Of a DNA stretch of 32,000 nt, positions 1 through 11,226 are shown piece by piece. The stretch comes from Methanothermus fervidus DSM 2088 (lineage in GTDB: Archaea > Methanobacteriota > Methanobacteria > DSM-2088 > Methanothermaceae), in assembly GCA_000166095.1 (NCBI GenBank), contig CP002278.1, forward strand, positions 120,001 through 152,000, in the 5' to 3' direction. Each line of letters opens with the position of its first letter. Within the stretch, counting starts at the first letter, position 1. The notes beneath the pieces were generated by a model. It was not told the origin of the DNA and searched no databases. It saw only the letters and a program-made list of their open reading frames with translations. The position numbers and the translations under genes were made by a program.

Positions 1-80
1 TCTATGCCTAATTCAGAAACTATGTCTTTCTTTGAAACTTCTTTTTTTTCATATAAAAAATTTAAAACCTTTTCTTTCAT
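1..80 (-). CDS. birA: Biotin--[acetyl-CoA-carboxylase] ligase, N-terminal fragment (runs off the left edge)
   Basis: Reverse complement from 80 reads [26 protein letters not shown], a short HTH-like N-terminus. The start overlaps the pycA stop (ATGA). The assignment leans on position next to the biotin-carboxylase subunit. Confidence 0.55.
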   Translation of the reverse strand, partial: MKEKVLNFLYEKKEVSKKDIVSELGI

Positions 81-1567
81 TTATTTTCACCTTTCTTCTG
101 AATATGTGCAATATAGCTACCAATTGCTGCTGTAATAGCAGCCACTTTTTTTGGTGGTAAAAACGTTGAAACTTGTCTAGAAACTCTTTCACGATCTTTC
201 TCTATTATCTTTTTCATTTCCTCTTCAATTCTCTTTTTATGTTGATCCACAAATTGCGTGTGTAATTCTCCTTTTACAAATAAAGGATCTACCATCATAG
301 CTTTATGAAAGGGTATTGTTGTTTTAACACCGATTATTATGTATTCACTTAATGCTCTTCTCATCCTAACAATTGCTTCTTTTCGATTTCTACCCCACAC
401 TATAAGTTTTGATATCATTGAATCATAAAAACTGGGTATTTCATAACCCATATAAACTCCACTATCAACTCTTACTCCAATTCCTCCAGGAGACCTATAA
501 CCTGTTATTTTCCCAGGACATGGTTGAAAATCTGATAAAGGATCTTCTGCATTTATTCTGCATTCGATTGCATGACCATTAATTTTAACATCTTTTTGTG
601 TTATATTCAATTCTTCTCCAGCAGCTATTTTTATTTGTTCTTTTACGATGTCAATTCCTGTAACGGCTTCAGTTACTGGATGTTCAACTTGTATTCTTGT
701 ATTCATTTCAAGAAAATAAAAATTACCATCTGCATACAAAAACTCAAAGGTTCCTGCATTTGTATATCCAATTTCTTTTGTAGCATTGACAACCATAGAT
801 CCTATTTTTTCCCTTAATTCTTTATTTACTATAGGGGATGGTGCCTCTTCTATCAATTTTTGATGTCTTCTCTGTATAGAGCATTCTCTATCTCCTAAAT
901 GTATAGCATTCCCATGTTCATCTGCAAGTACTTGAAATTCAATATGTCTTGGTTTCTCAAAATATTTTTCAATGTAGACTCTAGAATCTCCAAATACAGA
1001 TTTTGCAAGAGATTTAGCAGACTCCATGGCTCTTTCCATTTCATCTTCTTCATATACTGTTCTCATTCCTACCCCGCCACCACCTGCAGCAGCTTTTATT
1101 ATCACAGGATACCCTATTTCATCTGCTATTTTTAAAGCTTTCTTTACGCTTTTCACACCTTTCTCAGTTCCAGGGATGGTAGGTACCCCAACTTTACTCA
1201 TTAATTTTTTTGCAGCTATTTTATCTCCCATAGTTTTCATTATTGATGCAGATGGACCAATAAATTTTATACCACGCTTTTCACATTCTTTTGGTAATTT
1301 AGGATTTTCAGCTAGAAAACCGTATCCTGGATGAATAGCGTCTGCACCTGCTTCTTCAGCTACAGAAACAATTTTTTCGACATTTAAATAACTTTGAGAT
1401 GGATGAGAACCACCTATATGATAAGCTTCATCTGCATAATTAGTGAAGAGAGCTTTTTTGTCTGCATCAGAATAAACAGCAACAGTGTTAATATCTAATT
1501 CTCTACAGGCTCTCATAACCCGTATGGCTATTTCTCCACGGTTTGCTACAAGTACTTTTTCGAACAT
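77..1567 (-). CDS. pycA: Pyruvate carboxylase subunit A (biotin carboxylase)
   Basis: 496 aa: [91 protein letters not shown]-like AGGAGG just upstream. Confidence 0.95.
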   Translation of the reverse strand: MFEKVLVANRGEIAIRVMRACRELDINTVAVYSDADKKALFTNYADEAYHIGGSHPSQSYLNVEKIVSVAEEAGADAIHPGYGFLAENPKLPKECEKRGIKFIGPSASIMKTMGDKIAAKKLMSKVGVPTIPGTEKGVKSVKKALKIADEIGYPVIIKAAAGGGGVGMRTVYEEDEMERAMESAKSLAKSVFGDSRVYIEKYFEKPRHIEFQVLADEHGNAIHLGDRECSIQRRHQKLIEEAPSPIVNKELREKIGSMVVNATKEIGYTNAGTFEFLYADGNFYFLEMNTRIQVEHPVTEAVTGIDIVKEQIKIAAGEELNITQKDVKINGHAIECRINAEDPLSDFQPCPGKITGYRSPGGIGVRVDSGVYMGYEIPSFYDSMISKLIVWGRNRKEAIVRMRRALSEYIIIGVKTTIPFHKAMMVDPLFVKGELHTQFVDQHKKRIEEEMKKIIEKDRERVSRQVSTFLPPKKVAAITAAIGSYIAHIQKKGENK

Positions 1568-1593
1568 GAGAATACATCCTCCTACCTCAAAAA

Positions 1594-1828
1594 CTATAAT
1601 GGAGTATTCCCCATGGAGCTTCCTGCTTCATCAAGAAAACTTACCTGAGACTATAAGAGCTGTCCCATCCCCTCAACAGTATTCTACATGCTAATATATA
1701 ATTTCTCTTATATATTAATCCTTTCGATGTTTCTCTTGGATTTACCTTCTTAATTATCCATCTAGAACCTTCTTTCCAAGCTCATGATTTCTAGCCATAT
1801 TTCTTATCCTTATCCTTAAATCTTCAAC
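1594..1828 (-). pseudogene. Decayed TnpB (IS200/IS605-type) remnant, C-terminal half only
   Basis: Minus-strand reading in shifting frames: VEDLRIRIRNMARNHELGKKVLDG* (from 1828), VNPRETSKGLIYKRNYILACRILLRGWDSSYSLR* (from 1745), then [18 protein letters not shown] (ending 1594). These resemble the TnpB RuvC-II 'VEDLxIxNMxRNxxLAK' stretch, the 'VxPxxTSK' stretch, the 'RDxxAxxNILLRG' stretch and the common 'LDEAGSxxx' tail. Confidence 0.7.
1692..1720 (-). promoter_or_regulatory. Candidate TATA elements upstream of pycA
   Basis: Minus strand reads GATTAATATATAAGAGAAATTATATATTAG, with two TATA-like boxes inside the TnpB remnant. Confidence 0.35.
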
Positions 1829-1984
1829 GCATAGGTATATTCATGAAGAAAAGTAATGGATTGATATATAGTTTTCTTAATTTATAGAGTATTTTTGGAG
1901 AGGAAAAAGAAGGAGTAAGAGAGAGTTGTGTATATTTTTTTAGAATAAGTGTTAGTTTTGTACTTCATCTATATAAATACTTTT

Positions 1985-2020
1985 CTTATTTCATCCCTGA
2001 TAGAAATAAGATCTTTTTTT
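1985..2020. repeat. Inverted repeat (8-bp stems, 10-nt loop) followed by a T-run on the + strand
   Basis: CTTATTTC (1985-1992) / ATCCCTGATA loop / GAAATAAG (2003-2010), then ATCTTTTTTT. Confidence 0.45.
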
Positions 2021-2095
2021 ATGATTGCTATTTTCTTTTCATTTTTTTTAACGAAAATTGTGTTTGTAAAAAAAATAAGATAATATAAAAAAGAA

Positions 2096-3565
2096 TCACC
2101 AAATATCAATAAATCTATCTTCATTCCCTGTATATCTAACTTTGTACTTGAATTCCTTTTTTGGGGCTATATATTTATTTATCTCTCTCATTTGTAGATT
2201 AAAGCGCTCAATTTCATATTTTATTCTAAGATTCAATAGAATTCCATTCTTTGATGGATTTTTAACAATCATTGTTCCAGATACTGCATATCCTGCCGGA
2301 TATTTACCAAGATTTATTGTTTTCCTTTCTTTTGGCTTTAGAGTTATTGTTACTTCCTTATAGCCAACTTTCTTTCCATTAACAGGATTTGTGTAAACTG
2401 TGATGTAATATTTTATGGTTATTGTCGATGCTCCTAAATTTGTGAGGGTTATATTGTAATTGAATGATTCATAGTGTATATTATTTGGTATATTATTAAA
2501 GAAAACATTTGAATAATCTACACTGACACTAGGGTACAGATGCTCCATAGTGTAAAATGCAAGAATATAGATAGCTCCTCCATCTTTTCCAGCCTCATTG
2601 TACTTAAATATAGAATTTGTAATTATTAAATCACCATCAGTGACAATAGCGCCACCATCTTCAGTAGCAATATTACTATCAAATATACAATTGTCTATTA
2701 TTAGATTACCAGGCCAACCATTATCAATGGCGCCACCTTTTTTATTTGCCATATTTTTATTAAATATAGAATTTGTTATTTTTAAATTACCGGCATTATG
2801 AATGGCGCCGCCCCAGTAACCAGCACTATTATTCTCAAACTTACATTTATCAATTGTTAAATTACCATTGTATTCATTATAAATGGCACCACCATCATAT
2901 TTGACTCCTCTGTTCCCTGTAAATAAACATTTAGTTAAATCCATGTAACCTTCATTGTAGATTGCTCCTCCAAGACATGCTAGATTATTCCTAAATATAC
3001 TTTCTTTAATAGAGGCTATTCTTTTATTAATGATTGCACTTCCTTCATTGTCACTAAATGTACTTCTTGTTATGTTTAGAATACAATGATTAGCAATTGC
3101 ATCTCCATTGCCCATAAACTCACTATTTGATATTTCCAGGTAGCCATTGTTGTAGATTGCTCCCCCTTCTTCACTAGCATAATTATCCTTAAATTTACAG
3201 TTCTCAACCTCTAAATATCCATTATTATCTATTGCACCACCATATTCTCCTTTTCCATTGGTCAATGTTAAATTTATCAACCTTACATTTGCACCGCTGG
3301 AAATTATGAATATAGGGCCTTCCCTCTGAGCATCAATTACAACTCCATCCTTATCTTCACCTACAATAGTTAAATTCTTATCTATCACAATTCCTGAAGC
3401 ATAATATGTCCCATTATGCAGAAATATTGTTTCTCCAGGATTAGAGTATTTTATTACATCTTTAAAAGTGCCATTCTCAGGATAAACTTCTTTAACTCCA
3501 TATGCTTGAGAAATTGCCAACAGAACTAGCAATGTTGAGAGGATTAATACAGCTTTAGACTTCAT
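2096..3565 (-). CDS. Exported GGAI-repeat (polymorphic-membrane-protein/adhesin-like) right-handed beta-helix protein
   Basis: Signal peptide-like [23 protein letters not shown]. Repeated GGAI(Y/D/H)Nx...NxxIxxCxFxxNxA units. C-terminal beta-rich domain ([52 protein letters not shown]). The track start is at 3577; 3565 is the likely ATG. Confidence 0.8.
   Translation of the reverse strand: MKSKAVLILSTLLVLLAISQAYGVKEVYPENGTFKDVIKYSNPGETIFLHNGTYYASGIVIDKNLTIVGEDKDGVVIDAQREGPIFIISSGANVRLINLTLTNGKGEYGGAIDNNGYLEVENCKFKDNYASEEGGAIYNNGYLEISNSEFMGNGDAIANHCILNITRSTFSDNEGSAIINKRIASIKESIFRNNLACLGGAIYNEGYMDLTKCLFTGNRGVKYDGGAIYNEYNGNLTIDKCKFENNSAGYWGGAIHNAGNLKITNSIFNKNMANKKGGAIDNGWPGNLIIDNCIFDSNIATEDGGAIVTDGDLIITNSIFKYNEAGKDGGAIYILAFYTMEHLYPSVSVDYSNVFFNNIPNNIHYESFNYNITLTNLGASTITIKYYITVYTNPVNGKKVGYKEVTITLKPKERKTINLGKYPAGYAVSGTMIVKNPSKNGILLNLRIKYEIERFNLQMREINKYIAPKKEFKYKVRYTGNEDRFIDIW
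2570..3241 (-). repeat. Coding tandem degenerate repeats (about 21-27 aa units beginning GGAI)
   Basis: Seven GGAI-beginning units and one degenerate stretch (DAIANH..., SAIINK...) counted from the translated protein. Confidence 0.7.
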
Positions 3566-3785
3566 TTTTAGACACATCCTTTATTTATACAAAGGGAAGT
3601 TATAGTTGCTCTTATTTATAATTTTCGATGTCAAATTTAACATTTACTAATTAATGTTAGAACATTGCTTTAAATTTTAATTTTAATACTGTAAATATAA
3701 AACCTACGAAAAAACTAAAAATAATAAGGAGGAATTTAACAAGCTCGTTATTAGTTAAGATAGAATCATTAAATAGAAGATTAGT

Positions 3786-4472
3786 GTGAAAAGCATGTCA
3801 GGAAAAGAGAACATTCCTGTAGAAATATACCGTAAAAAACAACTTGAAATGATACTCCAAAAAGTTCCACAACCATCAAATCCAAAACCAGAGTTAGAAC
3901 AATATTTAACCCCCGCCAACATAGCTGCAGATTTATTATGGAATGCTAAAATTTTAGGGGACATAAATAAAAAAGTTGTGGTGGATTTAGGTTGTGGTAC
4001 CGGGATATTTTCTATAGGATCTTCATTATTAGGTGCAAAAAAAGTATTAGGTATAGACATAGACGAAGATGTTATTAAAACTGCAGAATCATTGTCTAGA
4101 GAACTTAAATTAAAAAATATTTTGTTTTTGAAAAAAAATGTATTAAAAATTTCAAAAAAAGAAATATTTCAAATTGTGGGTGAAGTAGATACCTTAATTC
4201 AAAACCCACCATTCGGTATACAAAAATCTGCTAAAAAAGGAATGGACAAAAAATTCATAAAAAAGGCATTGGAATTATCTAAAGTAATATATTCATTTCA
4301 TGCAAAAGGCAGTGGATCATTTATCAAAAAATATTTTGAAAAGCATGGAGGCAAAGTGACCCATGTTTTTCAATATACATTTCCAATTCCATGCATATAT
4401 GAATTCCATAGAGAAGAGATTAAAAATGTTGATGTAATTGTTTTTAGAGTTTTAAATTACTCATTAATTTAA
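3786..4472 (+). CDS. METTL5-like SAM-dependent RNA/protein methyltransferase
   Basis: VVVDLGCGTGIFSIG (motif I) and VDTLIQNPPFGIQK (NPPFG catalytic motif). N-terminal LEQYLTPANIAADLLW. Start is GTG 3786 or ATG 3795. Confidence 0.8.
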   Translation: MKSMSGKENIPVEIYRKKQLEMILQKVPQPSNPKPELEQYLTPANIAADLLWNAKILGDINKKVVVDLGCGTGIFSIGSSLLGAKKVLGIDIDEDVIKTAESLSRELKLKNILFLKKNVLKISKKEIFQIVGEVDTLIQNPPFGIQKSAKKGMDKKFIKKALELSKVIYSFHAKGSGSFIKKYFEKHGGKVTHVFQYTFPIPCIYEFHREEIKNVDVIVFRVLNYSLI

Positions 4473-4475
4473 AAT

Positions 4476-5060
4476 CTATTTTTTACTTAAATAATGTTTT
4501 GCAATGCGTTTAGCAAATTCAGATCCATTTTTCATTATTTTTTTCATATTTTCCTCAACTTCCTTCCCTCCAATATTCATAAGGGCCCATGCAGCACCTG
4601 TTCTTACAAATCCACTTTTATCATCAAGCAATTCAACCAATCTTTTAACTGCAGGTTTATATTTTATTTCACCAATTATCCATGCAGCTGCTCCTCTAAC
4701 TCTCCAATCTTCATCATCTAATAACTTTGCTAATTTTTTACCAGCATTTTTCCCAATCTTACATAATGCAGTACTTGCTTCTCTTCTCACAATCTTGCTT
4801 TCGTCTCTTAATGCATTTATTAGAGGTTCTATAGCCTTGGTATCCCCAATATTGCCAAGAACTCGCGCTGCCCCTGCTCTTATATACTTATTTTCATCTG
4901 ATAGTGCATCAATTAAATGTGCAACTGCACCATTTCCAATTTCCTCAAGCAATTCCATTGCTTGGGTCCTAACATATTCATCTTTGCTTTTAAGATCAGA
5001 TATTAACCTTCTGACAGTTTCATCCTTTAACATTTCATTATCCTCCAAACCCAACAACAT
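4476..5060 (-). CDS. HEAT-repeat (PBS lyase-type) protein
   Basis: Repeated units such as AVAHLIDALSDENKYIRAGAARVLGNIGDTKAIEPLINALRDESKIVRREASTALCKIG. Confidence 0.85.
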   Translation of the reverse strand: MLLGLEDNEMLKDETVRRLISDLKSKDEYVRTQAMELLEEIGNGAVAHLIDALSDENKYIRAGAARVLGNIGDTKAIEPLINALRDESKIVRREASTALCKIGKNAGKKLAKLLDDEDWRVRGAAAWIIGEIKYKPAVKRLVELLDDKSGFVRTGAAWALMNIGGKEVEENMKKIMKNGSEFAKRIAKHYLSKK

Positions 5061-5135
5061 TAATATTATAAAATTTCCACTTTTATTAATAAAAAAATAT
5101 TTTTTGGAGGATTTTTCAAACCTAAATTTATTTCG

Positions 5136-6068
5136 GTGATAAAAGTGTGTAAAGATATAGATGCTATCCCATGGATCAAAAAAACAAAAAGAACGATATA
5201 TTTATATAGAGACAAAGGATTTTCAACAATTGGAGTCTGTGACTTAAACATGGACATTGAAAATGTTAAGAAAGTTATCTATACAAGAAAAAGTAAATTG
5301 AGCGTAGATAAAAATACAAAAGGGTGTTTAAGGGGTTTTAACAATTATTGTTTAGAAACTACAAAAAATTTTAATTTTATAGTTTTCTTCAATGAAGAAG
5401 AACCTATTTTTGATGTCATGTTAATACTAAACAAAACCTTAGACAAGCGAGAGATGATAAAATGTTTTAAAATAACTGTGGAAACATTGAAAAATATTTT
5501 AAAGGAAAAGGATTTTGAAATTAGGAATATATTGATAATATCACCGGTTAAGATGCAGAAAATTACTACAGATAAAATCTTTTCAAAATTAGAAGATATA
5601 GCTGAGGATGTCTTTAAAAAAGTTTTAAGAAAAGTTAAAACGAAGAAAATACATGAATATCTCAAAGATTTTGGAATAAGTATTGAAAAATTGGTAGATG
5701 CTGGTATGGAACTTTGTGTAGGCGTTGAAACTACTGAAAAATTACGTAATAAACTAAAACATCAAATAAATAAGGCATTGGATGATATAAATGTAGTAAC
5801 ATTAATTATGGCTGCTATGCGGGTGGAAGAAGATTTCCATTTTTACAGAATTGAAGGTTTTAATATTGATGATGATCCTGCATACTTATATACAGATGAA
5901 GTTTTTGGAATGGCTATAGCAAATCAAATTGCAGGAACAAAAGCAATTTTTAATTTTAAAAGATATGATGAAGAAAAACCAGGAATAATATCCAAATTAC
6001 CACCATTAATGGACGATGTTGTAGCTGGTTTAATTGCAGGTTGCATGTCAAAAATATTTGAAGAATAG
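5136..6068 (+). CDS. Alpha-ribazole phosphatase CobZ-like protein with an extra N-terminal domain
   Basis: C-terminal [38 protein letters not shown]...[34 protein letters not shown]...[15 protein letters not shown] resembles CobZ. Located directly upstream of cobS. GTG start. Confidence 0.65.
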   Translation: MIKVCKDIDAIPWIKKTKRTIYLYRDKGFSTIGVCDLNMDIENVKKVIYTRKSKLSVDKNTKGCLRGFNNYCLETTKNFNFIVFFNEEEPIFDVMLILNKTLDKREMIKCFKITVETLKNILKEKDFEIRNILIISPVKMQKITTDKIFSKLEDIAEDVFKKVLRKVKTKKIHEYLKDFGISIEKLVDAGMELCVGVETTEKLRNKLKHQINKALDDINVVTLIMAAMRVEEDFHFYRIEGFNIDDDPAYLYTDEVFGMAIANQIAGTKAIFNFKRYDEEKPGIISKLPPLMDDVVAGLIAGCMSKIFEE

Positions 6069-6076
6069 GTGAAACC

Positions 6077-6808
6077 ATGAAAAGACTTCTTGGTTTAATA
6101 TCATTTTCAACAAAAATACCTACAGGCGTGCATTTACCTGCTAGTGATATAGCAGTCTATACATGGTTTTGGCCAGTGATAGGTTGCATGATAGGAGTAT
6201 TTGTTGGAGTTGTAGGATATTTTTCAAGATTTTTATTTCATCCTTTACTTTCTGCAGCCATAACTTATGCATTTACCCTATGGTTCACAGGGTTTCATCA
6301 TTTAGATGGTTTAATTGACGTAGGCGATGCAATGATGGTTCATTCTACTCCAGAAAAAAGAATAGAAGTTATGAGAGATCTAAAAGTTGGCGTGGGTGGT
6401 ATTTCACTGTTCTTTTTAATTGGGATAATGACGATTTTATCAATTTATCCGATACCGTTTAGTAAAATTTTTCAATGCCTAGTTGTTTCTGAAATGAGTG
6501 CAAAATTAGGTATAGTTTCTTGCTGTACAATTTCTAGGCCATATATTAATGGAACAGGACGTCATTTCATAAAAAACATGAATGCAAGAAAATTTTTCTT
6601 GTCAATAACATTAACTATATTAATAGCATTTGCTATATTGAGATATACTGGTATTTTAGGAGTAGTGGGTGGAATAATTGCTGGCATAGTAGTAGGGATA
6701 TATAGTAGAATTTATTTTAGGTGGGCCACAGGCGATGTCTTAGGAGCATCCAATGAAATTGCAAGAATGGTTTCTTTAATGTTTATGAATTTAGAGGGCC
6801 TTACATGA
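6077..6808 (+). CDS. cobS: Adenosylcobinamide-GDP ribazoletransferase (cobalamin-5'-phosphate synthase)
   Basis: [48 protein letters not shown], multiple hydrophobic segments. Confidence 0.93.
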   Translation: MKRLLGLISFSTKIPTGVHLPASDIAVYTWFWPVIGCMIGVFVGVVGYFSRFLFHPLLSAAITYAFTLWFTGFHHLDGLIDVGDAMMVHSTPEKRIEVMRDLKVGVGGISLFFLIGIMTILSIYPIPFSKIFQCLVVSEMSAKLGIVSCCTISRPYINGTGRHFIKNMNARKFFLSITLTILIAFAILRYTGILGVVGGIIAGIVVGIYSRIYFRWATGDVLGASNEIARMVSLMFMNLEGLT

Positions 6809-7329
6809 TAGCAGTATTAAGATTAGGTCATAGGAAAAAGAGAGATGCTAGAGTAACTACCCATGTATGCCTCGCTGCAAGGGCATTTGGTGCATCAAAA
6901 ATAATATTAAGTGGCGAAAAGGATGAAAAACTTATAAAAAATGTTGAAGACGTTGTTGAAAGATGGGGAGGACCATTTAGTATTGAATATTGTAAAAATT
7001 GGAGAAAAGTAATTAAAAATTGGAAATCAAAAGGTGGTGAAGTAATTCATTTAACAATGTATGGGTTGCCAGTTCAAAAAGTCATTGACAAATTGAAAAA
7101 CGATAAAGATAAACTAATTGTAGTTGGTAGTTCAAAAGTACCTGGAGAAGTCTTTGAGCTTGCTGATTGGAATGTAGCAGTTACAAATCAACCTCACTCA
7201 GAGGTATCATCGCTTGCAGTTTTTTTACACATGTTTTTTGAAGGTTCTGAATTAGAAAAGAAATTTAAAAATGCAAAAATAAAAATAATACCATCTAAAA
7301 AAGGTAAAAAGATTATAGAATTAAAATAA
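6805..7329 (+). CDS. trm56: tRNA (cytidine(56)-2'-O)-methyltransferase
   Basis: [30 protein letters not shown]...[10 protein letters not shown]...HLTMYG...[38 protein letters not shown], characteristic of archaeal Trm56. Confidence 0.9.
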   Translation: MIAVLRLGHRKKRDARVTTHVCLAARAFGASKIILSGEKDEKLIKNVEDVVERWGGPFSIEYCKNWRKVIKNWKSKGGEVIHLTMYGLPVQKVIDKLKNDKDKLIVVGSSKVPGEVFELADWNVAVTNQPHSEVSSLAVFLHMFFEGSELEKKFKNAKIKIIPSKKGKKIIELK

Positions 7330-7812
7330 AGACTTTCCATTAGCAACTGCAACAATTCCAGGTATTCCCTCCACTTTAAGTTTAAATATGGCTTCCATCC
7401 CTTCTTCAGGAAAAGCAACAACTTCTTTTGATATTATTTTATCAGTTAAATATGCAGAAATTGGAGGTGTAATAACAAATGCACCACAATATCTATTTAT
7501 TGCATCTACAGTTTCTTTTTTGAGGTATCCTTTACCTATGTGTATTCTAGCACCTTTTTTTACTAAATACGGAATATTTTCTTCAATCTCTTTTTTGTTA
7601 CTGCTTGTTGGACCTATACCGGCAGGCGTTACAGCTGTATGCATTATTACAGATCCCTCAATATTAAACAATTCCTTTTTATTTTTAAGATATTTGACAA
7701 GCTTAGGAAGCGCTGCATCCCTTCCTGTGTAAATATATCCATAAATTGATACTTTGTCACCAACTTTTAATTTTTTGATGTCTTTTTTCTTTACAGGTGT
7801 GTTTATTATCAA
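7321..7812 (-). CDS. Fumarate hydratase / L(+)-tartrate dehydratase beta-subunit-type hydro-lyase
   Basis: [96 protein letters not shown]. Confidence 0.85.
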   Translation of the reverse strand: MIINTPVKKKDIKKLKVGDKVSIYGYIYTGRDAALPKLVKYLKNKKELFNIEGSVIMHTAVTPAGIGPTSSNKKEIEENIPYLVKKGARIHIGKGYLKKETVDAINRYCGAFVITPPISAYLTDKIISKEVVAFPEEGMEAIFKLKVEGIPGIVAVANGKSLF

Positions 7813-8954
7813 ATAACATCCTCCAAATCTTCAATAAATTTTTTCACATGATCTTTAGTTATATGTGGCATTACAACAATCCTAATTGCATCTAAATTTT
7901 TAGAAACGGAGACTAACCATCCAAGATTTTCTAGTTTTTTTGCAACTTCATAAGTATCTCCAGGATCAAATGCCACGATATTTAGCTCAGGTTTTGTAAT
8001 TAAATCAAGGCCGATTTTAGAGATTTTTTTAGCAAGAAATTTTGTTGTTTCCATGCATTCCCTAACAACTTTTCTATAACCTTCTCTACCCATATATTTC
8101 AGCATTGCCCAAGTAGCTGCTACAGATGCGCCAGTTCTCGTACCTACAATTGTAGATTGTCGTTCTTCAGTTAAATAAGGTGTGTACACACTTTGAACAT
8201 CGATGTATTCCTTTTTTCTAAATAAAATACCACCTGCAGGCACTGGAACTAATCCCATTTTGTGGGGATCTATAGTTATTGAAGATACACCTCCCAACTT
8301 AAAATCAAAGTCTGGTAATTTGTAGCCAATATCTTTCAAAAAAGGTATTACAAAACCTCCAAATGCAGCATCAACATGTAAATATATATTTTCATCTTCA
8401 CATAATTTTGAGAGTTCTGGTATTGGATCAACTTTTCCAAGTTCTGTAGTACCGGCTATACCTACAATAGCTACAGTGTTTGAAGTTATTTTGTCTTTAA
8501 CAGATTCTACATTAACTTTATATTCTTCATCCAATTTTGCAATTTTTAATTTTAAATTTAAAATTTCAGAAGCTTTATTAAACGAAAAATGTGCTGATGC
8601 AGGCACAATAATTTCTGGTTTCTCAATGTTACTGATATTCCTTGCAGCCCTCATAGCCATTAAGTTAGCTTCTGTACCTCCTGTAACTATATTACCATAT
8701 GCTTTTTCTGCATTTAATAGAGATGAGAGCATCTGTATTGTTTCTTTTTCTAAAATAGAGGTTCCTCTAAATAATCCAGGATCTCCCAAGTTGGTTGTTA
8801 AAAATTCATAATATACTTTTTTTGCAAATGGATGTGGCTCTGTACACATTGAACCTAATATTTTACCTGAAGAATAACTGCAATCTAATTTTTTATAATT
8901 TTTTAATTCTTTGAGCACTTGTTTTTCACTGAGACCTTTTTCCATCATTTTCAA
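7809..8954 (-). CDS. mfnA: L-tyrosine/L-aspartate decarboxylase (PLP-dependent, methanofuran biosynthesis)
   Basis: [90 protein letters not shown] (PLP lysine). Confidence 0.92.
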   Translation of the reverse strand: MKMMEKGLSEKQVLKELKNYKKLDCSYSSGKILGSMCTEPHPFAKKVYYEFLTTNLGDPGLFRGTSILEKETIQMLSSLLNAEKAYGNIVTGGTEANLMAMRAARNISNIEKPEIIVPASAHFSFNKASEILNLKLKIAKLDEEYKVNVESVKDKITSNTVAIVGIAGTTELGKVDPIPELSKLCEDENIYLHVDAAFGGFVIPFLKDIGYKLPDFDFKLGGVSSITIDPHKMGLVPVPAGGILFRKKEYIDVQSVYTPYLTEERQSTIVGTRTGASVAATWAMLKYMGREGYRKVVRECMETTKFLAKKISKIGLDLITKPELNIVAFDPGDTYEVAKKLENLGWLVSVSKNLDAIRIVVMPHITKDHVKKFIEDLEDVI

Positions 8955-11226
8955 GCATTTTTCTAGCAGCTTTTAATACTAATTTCTTTTCTTGTCTAGC
9001 AACAACATCTCTAATTTCTTCAACTGAATCTATATTTGCAGATACACTGTCTATCCCATATTCCACCAATTTCTCTACTATGTGAGGTGTACTTCCTGCC
9101 TGACCACAAATACTTGTTTTAACACTGGCCTTCTTACATTTTTTAATTACATTTTTTACTAGTTTCATTACAGCCGGATGTTCCTCACTGTATAGATGTG
9201 ACACAAGTTCATTATTACGATCAATTGCTAGTACGTATTGTGTCAAGTCGTTTGTCCCTAAACTTACAAAATCAATGCCTGCTTTAATGAAATCATCTAT
9301 AATCAATGCTGCAGATGGTGTTTCCACCATTATTCCAAATTCTACATCTTTGTGTGGTTCAAGTCCAACTTCTCTAGCAATTTTTTTAGCAGCAATTACT
9401 TCATCAGGATGTTGGACAAGAGGTAACATGACGCCGATGTTGTCATATCCTTGCTCACATAGCTTTTTAATAGCTTTAAATTCAGCTTTTAAAATTTCTG
9501 GCTCATCTAAATCCCTTCTGATGCCTCTCCATCCAAGCATTGGGTTGTGTTCAAAAGGTTCGTCTTCTCCACCTTCCAACTCTCTGAATTCATCTGTTGG
9601 TGCATCTAATGTCCTGTACCATACTGGTTTTGGATAAAATGCATCCACAACCTTCAATATGTTTTTGGCTAATTCTTCAATGAGTTCCTCTTCTTTCCCT
9701 TCCATTATAAACTTTTTAGGATGGACACCCATCGATAGTATCATATGTTCTGTTCTTAGGAGTCCTACACCATCTGCACCAGTTGCAGCAGCTTTTTTAG
9801 CTGCTTCTGGTATACTTATATTTACTTTTACTTCAGTGGCAGTAATAGGCGGTGTTTTTGTAACAACTTTTTCAACTTCTTTTTCTTTAGCTTCTTCCTT
9901 TTTAAGTTTTCCTTTGTATACAATACCTTTTTTTCCATCAACCACTACTTCTTCTCCATCTTTCAGTGTTTTAGTAGCGTTTCCAGTACCTACAACACAT
10001 GGAATCCCTAATTCCCTTGAAACTATAGCTGCATGGCATGTTACTCCACCTTCATCTGTGACAATTGCACTTGCTTTTTTCATAACAGGAACCATGTCAG
10101 GAGTTGTCATTTCAGTGACCAATATGTCACCATGTTTCACTTTATTCAAATGTTCCATACTCTTCACAATTCTTACTTTACCAGAGGCTAGTCCAGGACT
10201 TGCACCCAAACCTTTAACTAATATCTCTCTAACTTTTTTACCTTCTTCCTTAACTTTTGGTTTTTCTTTTTTCAATGTGGTTATAGGACGGCTTTGTAAA
10301 ATGTAAACATTGCCATTTTCGATTGCCCATTCTATATCTTGTGGAAATCCATAATGCTCTTGTATTTTATTTCCAATCTTCATTAATTCTTCTATCTCTT
10401 TATCATCCAGCACTCTTTCATTTTGTAATTCTTTAGGTACTTTCTTTTTCACAGTTCCTCCATTTTCTCTAACAAACATTACTTTTTTCTTAGATACTTT
10501 GTAGTCTAATATCTCACCAGTTTTTTTATCAACTACAATAGTGTCAGGAATTACAGCACCTGAAACAACCCCTTCTCCAAGTCCCCAAGATGCTTCTATT
10601 ACCATTACATCTTCACCAGTTGAAGGATGCGCAGTAAACATTACACCAGATTTTTCAGCATCTACCATTTTTTGTACTACAACCGCAATAGAAACTTTAA
10701 AATGATCTATATTATTTTGTTCTCGATAAAATATAGCTCTAGCTTCAAATAAAGATGCCCAACATTTTTGAACATTATGTACAACGTTCTTAGCACCTTT
10801 TACATTTAAATATGTTTCCTGTTGCCCAGCAAAAGACGCTTCAGGTAAATCTTCTGCAGTAGCAGAAGATCTCACGGCAACATATACCTCATCTTCACCT
10901 ACTTGTTGACATAATGCATTATAAGATTCAATTATTAATGTCTTAATATGTTCAGGCATTTCAACACTCATTATACTATCTTTTATCTCTTTAGATACTT
11001 TTTGAAGTTCTGCAGTATTATTTACATCAACATCTTCCAACAAAGTTCTTATTTTACTATCTAAACCTGTTTCTTCTATAAATTTACGATAACTTTCAGC
11101 AGTAACAATAAATCCTGGTGGGACGGGAATACCGGCTTTTGACATTTCACCTAAATTTGCACCTTTACCTCCAGCTAACTCTAAATCATCTTTTGTAATT
11201 TCATCAAAAAATGCTACGTATGTCAT
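8926..11226 (-). CDS. ppsA: Phosphoenolpyruvate synthase
   Basis: [95 protein letters not shown]. Confidence 0.97.
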   Translation of the reverse strand: MTYVAFFDEITKDDLELAGGKGANLGEMSKAGIPVPPGFIVTAESYRKFIEETGLDSKIRTLLEDVDVNNTAELQKVSKEIKDSIMSVEMPEHIKTLIIESYNALCQQVGEDEVYVAVRSSATAEDLPEASFAGQQETYLNVKGAKNVVHNVQKCWASLFEARAIFYREQNNIDHFKVSIAVVVQKMVDAEKSGVMFTAHPSTGEDVMVIEASWGLGEGVVSGAVIPDTIVVDKKTGEILDYKVSKKKVMFVRENGGTVKKKVPKELQNERVLDDKEIEELMKIGNKIQEHYGFPQDIEWAIENGNVYILQSRPITTLKKEKPKVKEEGKKVREILVKGLGASPGLASGKVRIVKSMEHLNKVKHGDILVTEMTTPDMVPVMKKASAIVTDEGGVTCHAAIVSRELGIPCVVGTGNATKTLKDGEEVVVDGKKGIVYKGKLKKEEAKEKEVEKVVTKTPPITATEVKVNISIPEAAKKAAATGADGVGLLRTEHMILSMGVHPKKFIMEGKEEELIEELAKNILKVVDAFYPKPVWYRTLDAPTDEFRELEGGEDEPFEHNPMLGWRGIRRDLDEPEILKAEFKAIKKLCEQGYDNIGVMLPLVQHPDEVIAAKKIAREVGLEPHKDVEFGIMVETPSAALIIDDFIKAGIDFVSLGTNDLTQYVLAIDRNNELVSHLYSEEHPAVMKLVKNVIKKCKKASVKTSICGQAGSTPHIVEKLVEYGIDSVSANIDSVEEIRDVVARQEKKLVLKAARKMLENDGKRSQ

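Noticed and set aside
572-1334. Plus-strand ORFs 572-817, 899-1135 and 1026-1334 opposite pycA
   Set aside because: They are antisense to a clearly conserved coding gene, have low-complexity hydrophobic translations and no recognisable domains. They are shadow ORFs.
1485-1694. Plus-strand 69-aa ORF across the pycA start/upstream gap
   Set aside because: It is antisense to pycA and to the TnpB-like remnant, with no RBS or domain support.
2570-3241. Possible CRISPR-like or non-coding tandem array
   Set aside because: Periodicity is about 65-80 nt with diverged units that keep one reading frame and encode GGAI beta-helix repeats. It is coding, not CRISPR.
8476-10306. Plus-strand ORFs 8476-8811, 9275-9637 and 9659-10306 opposite mfnA and ppsA
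   Set aside because: Ser/Phe/Pro-rich antisense shadows of well-supported genes.
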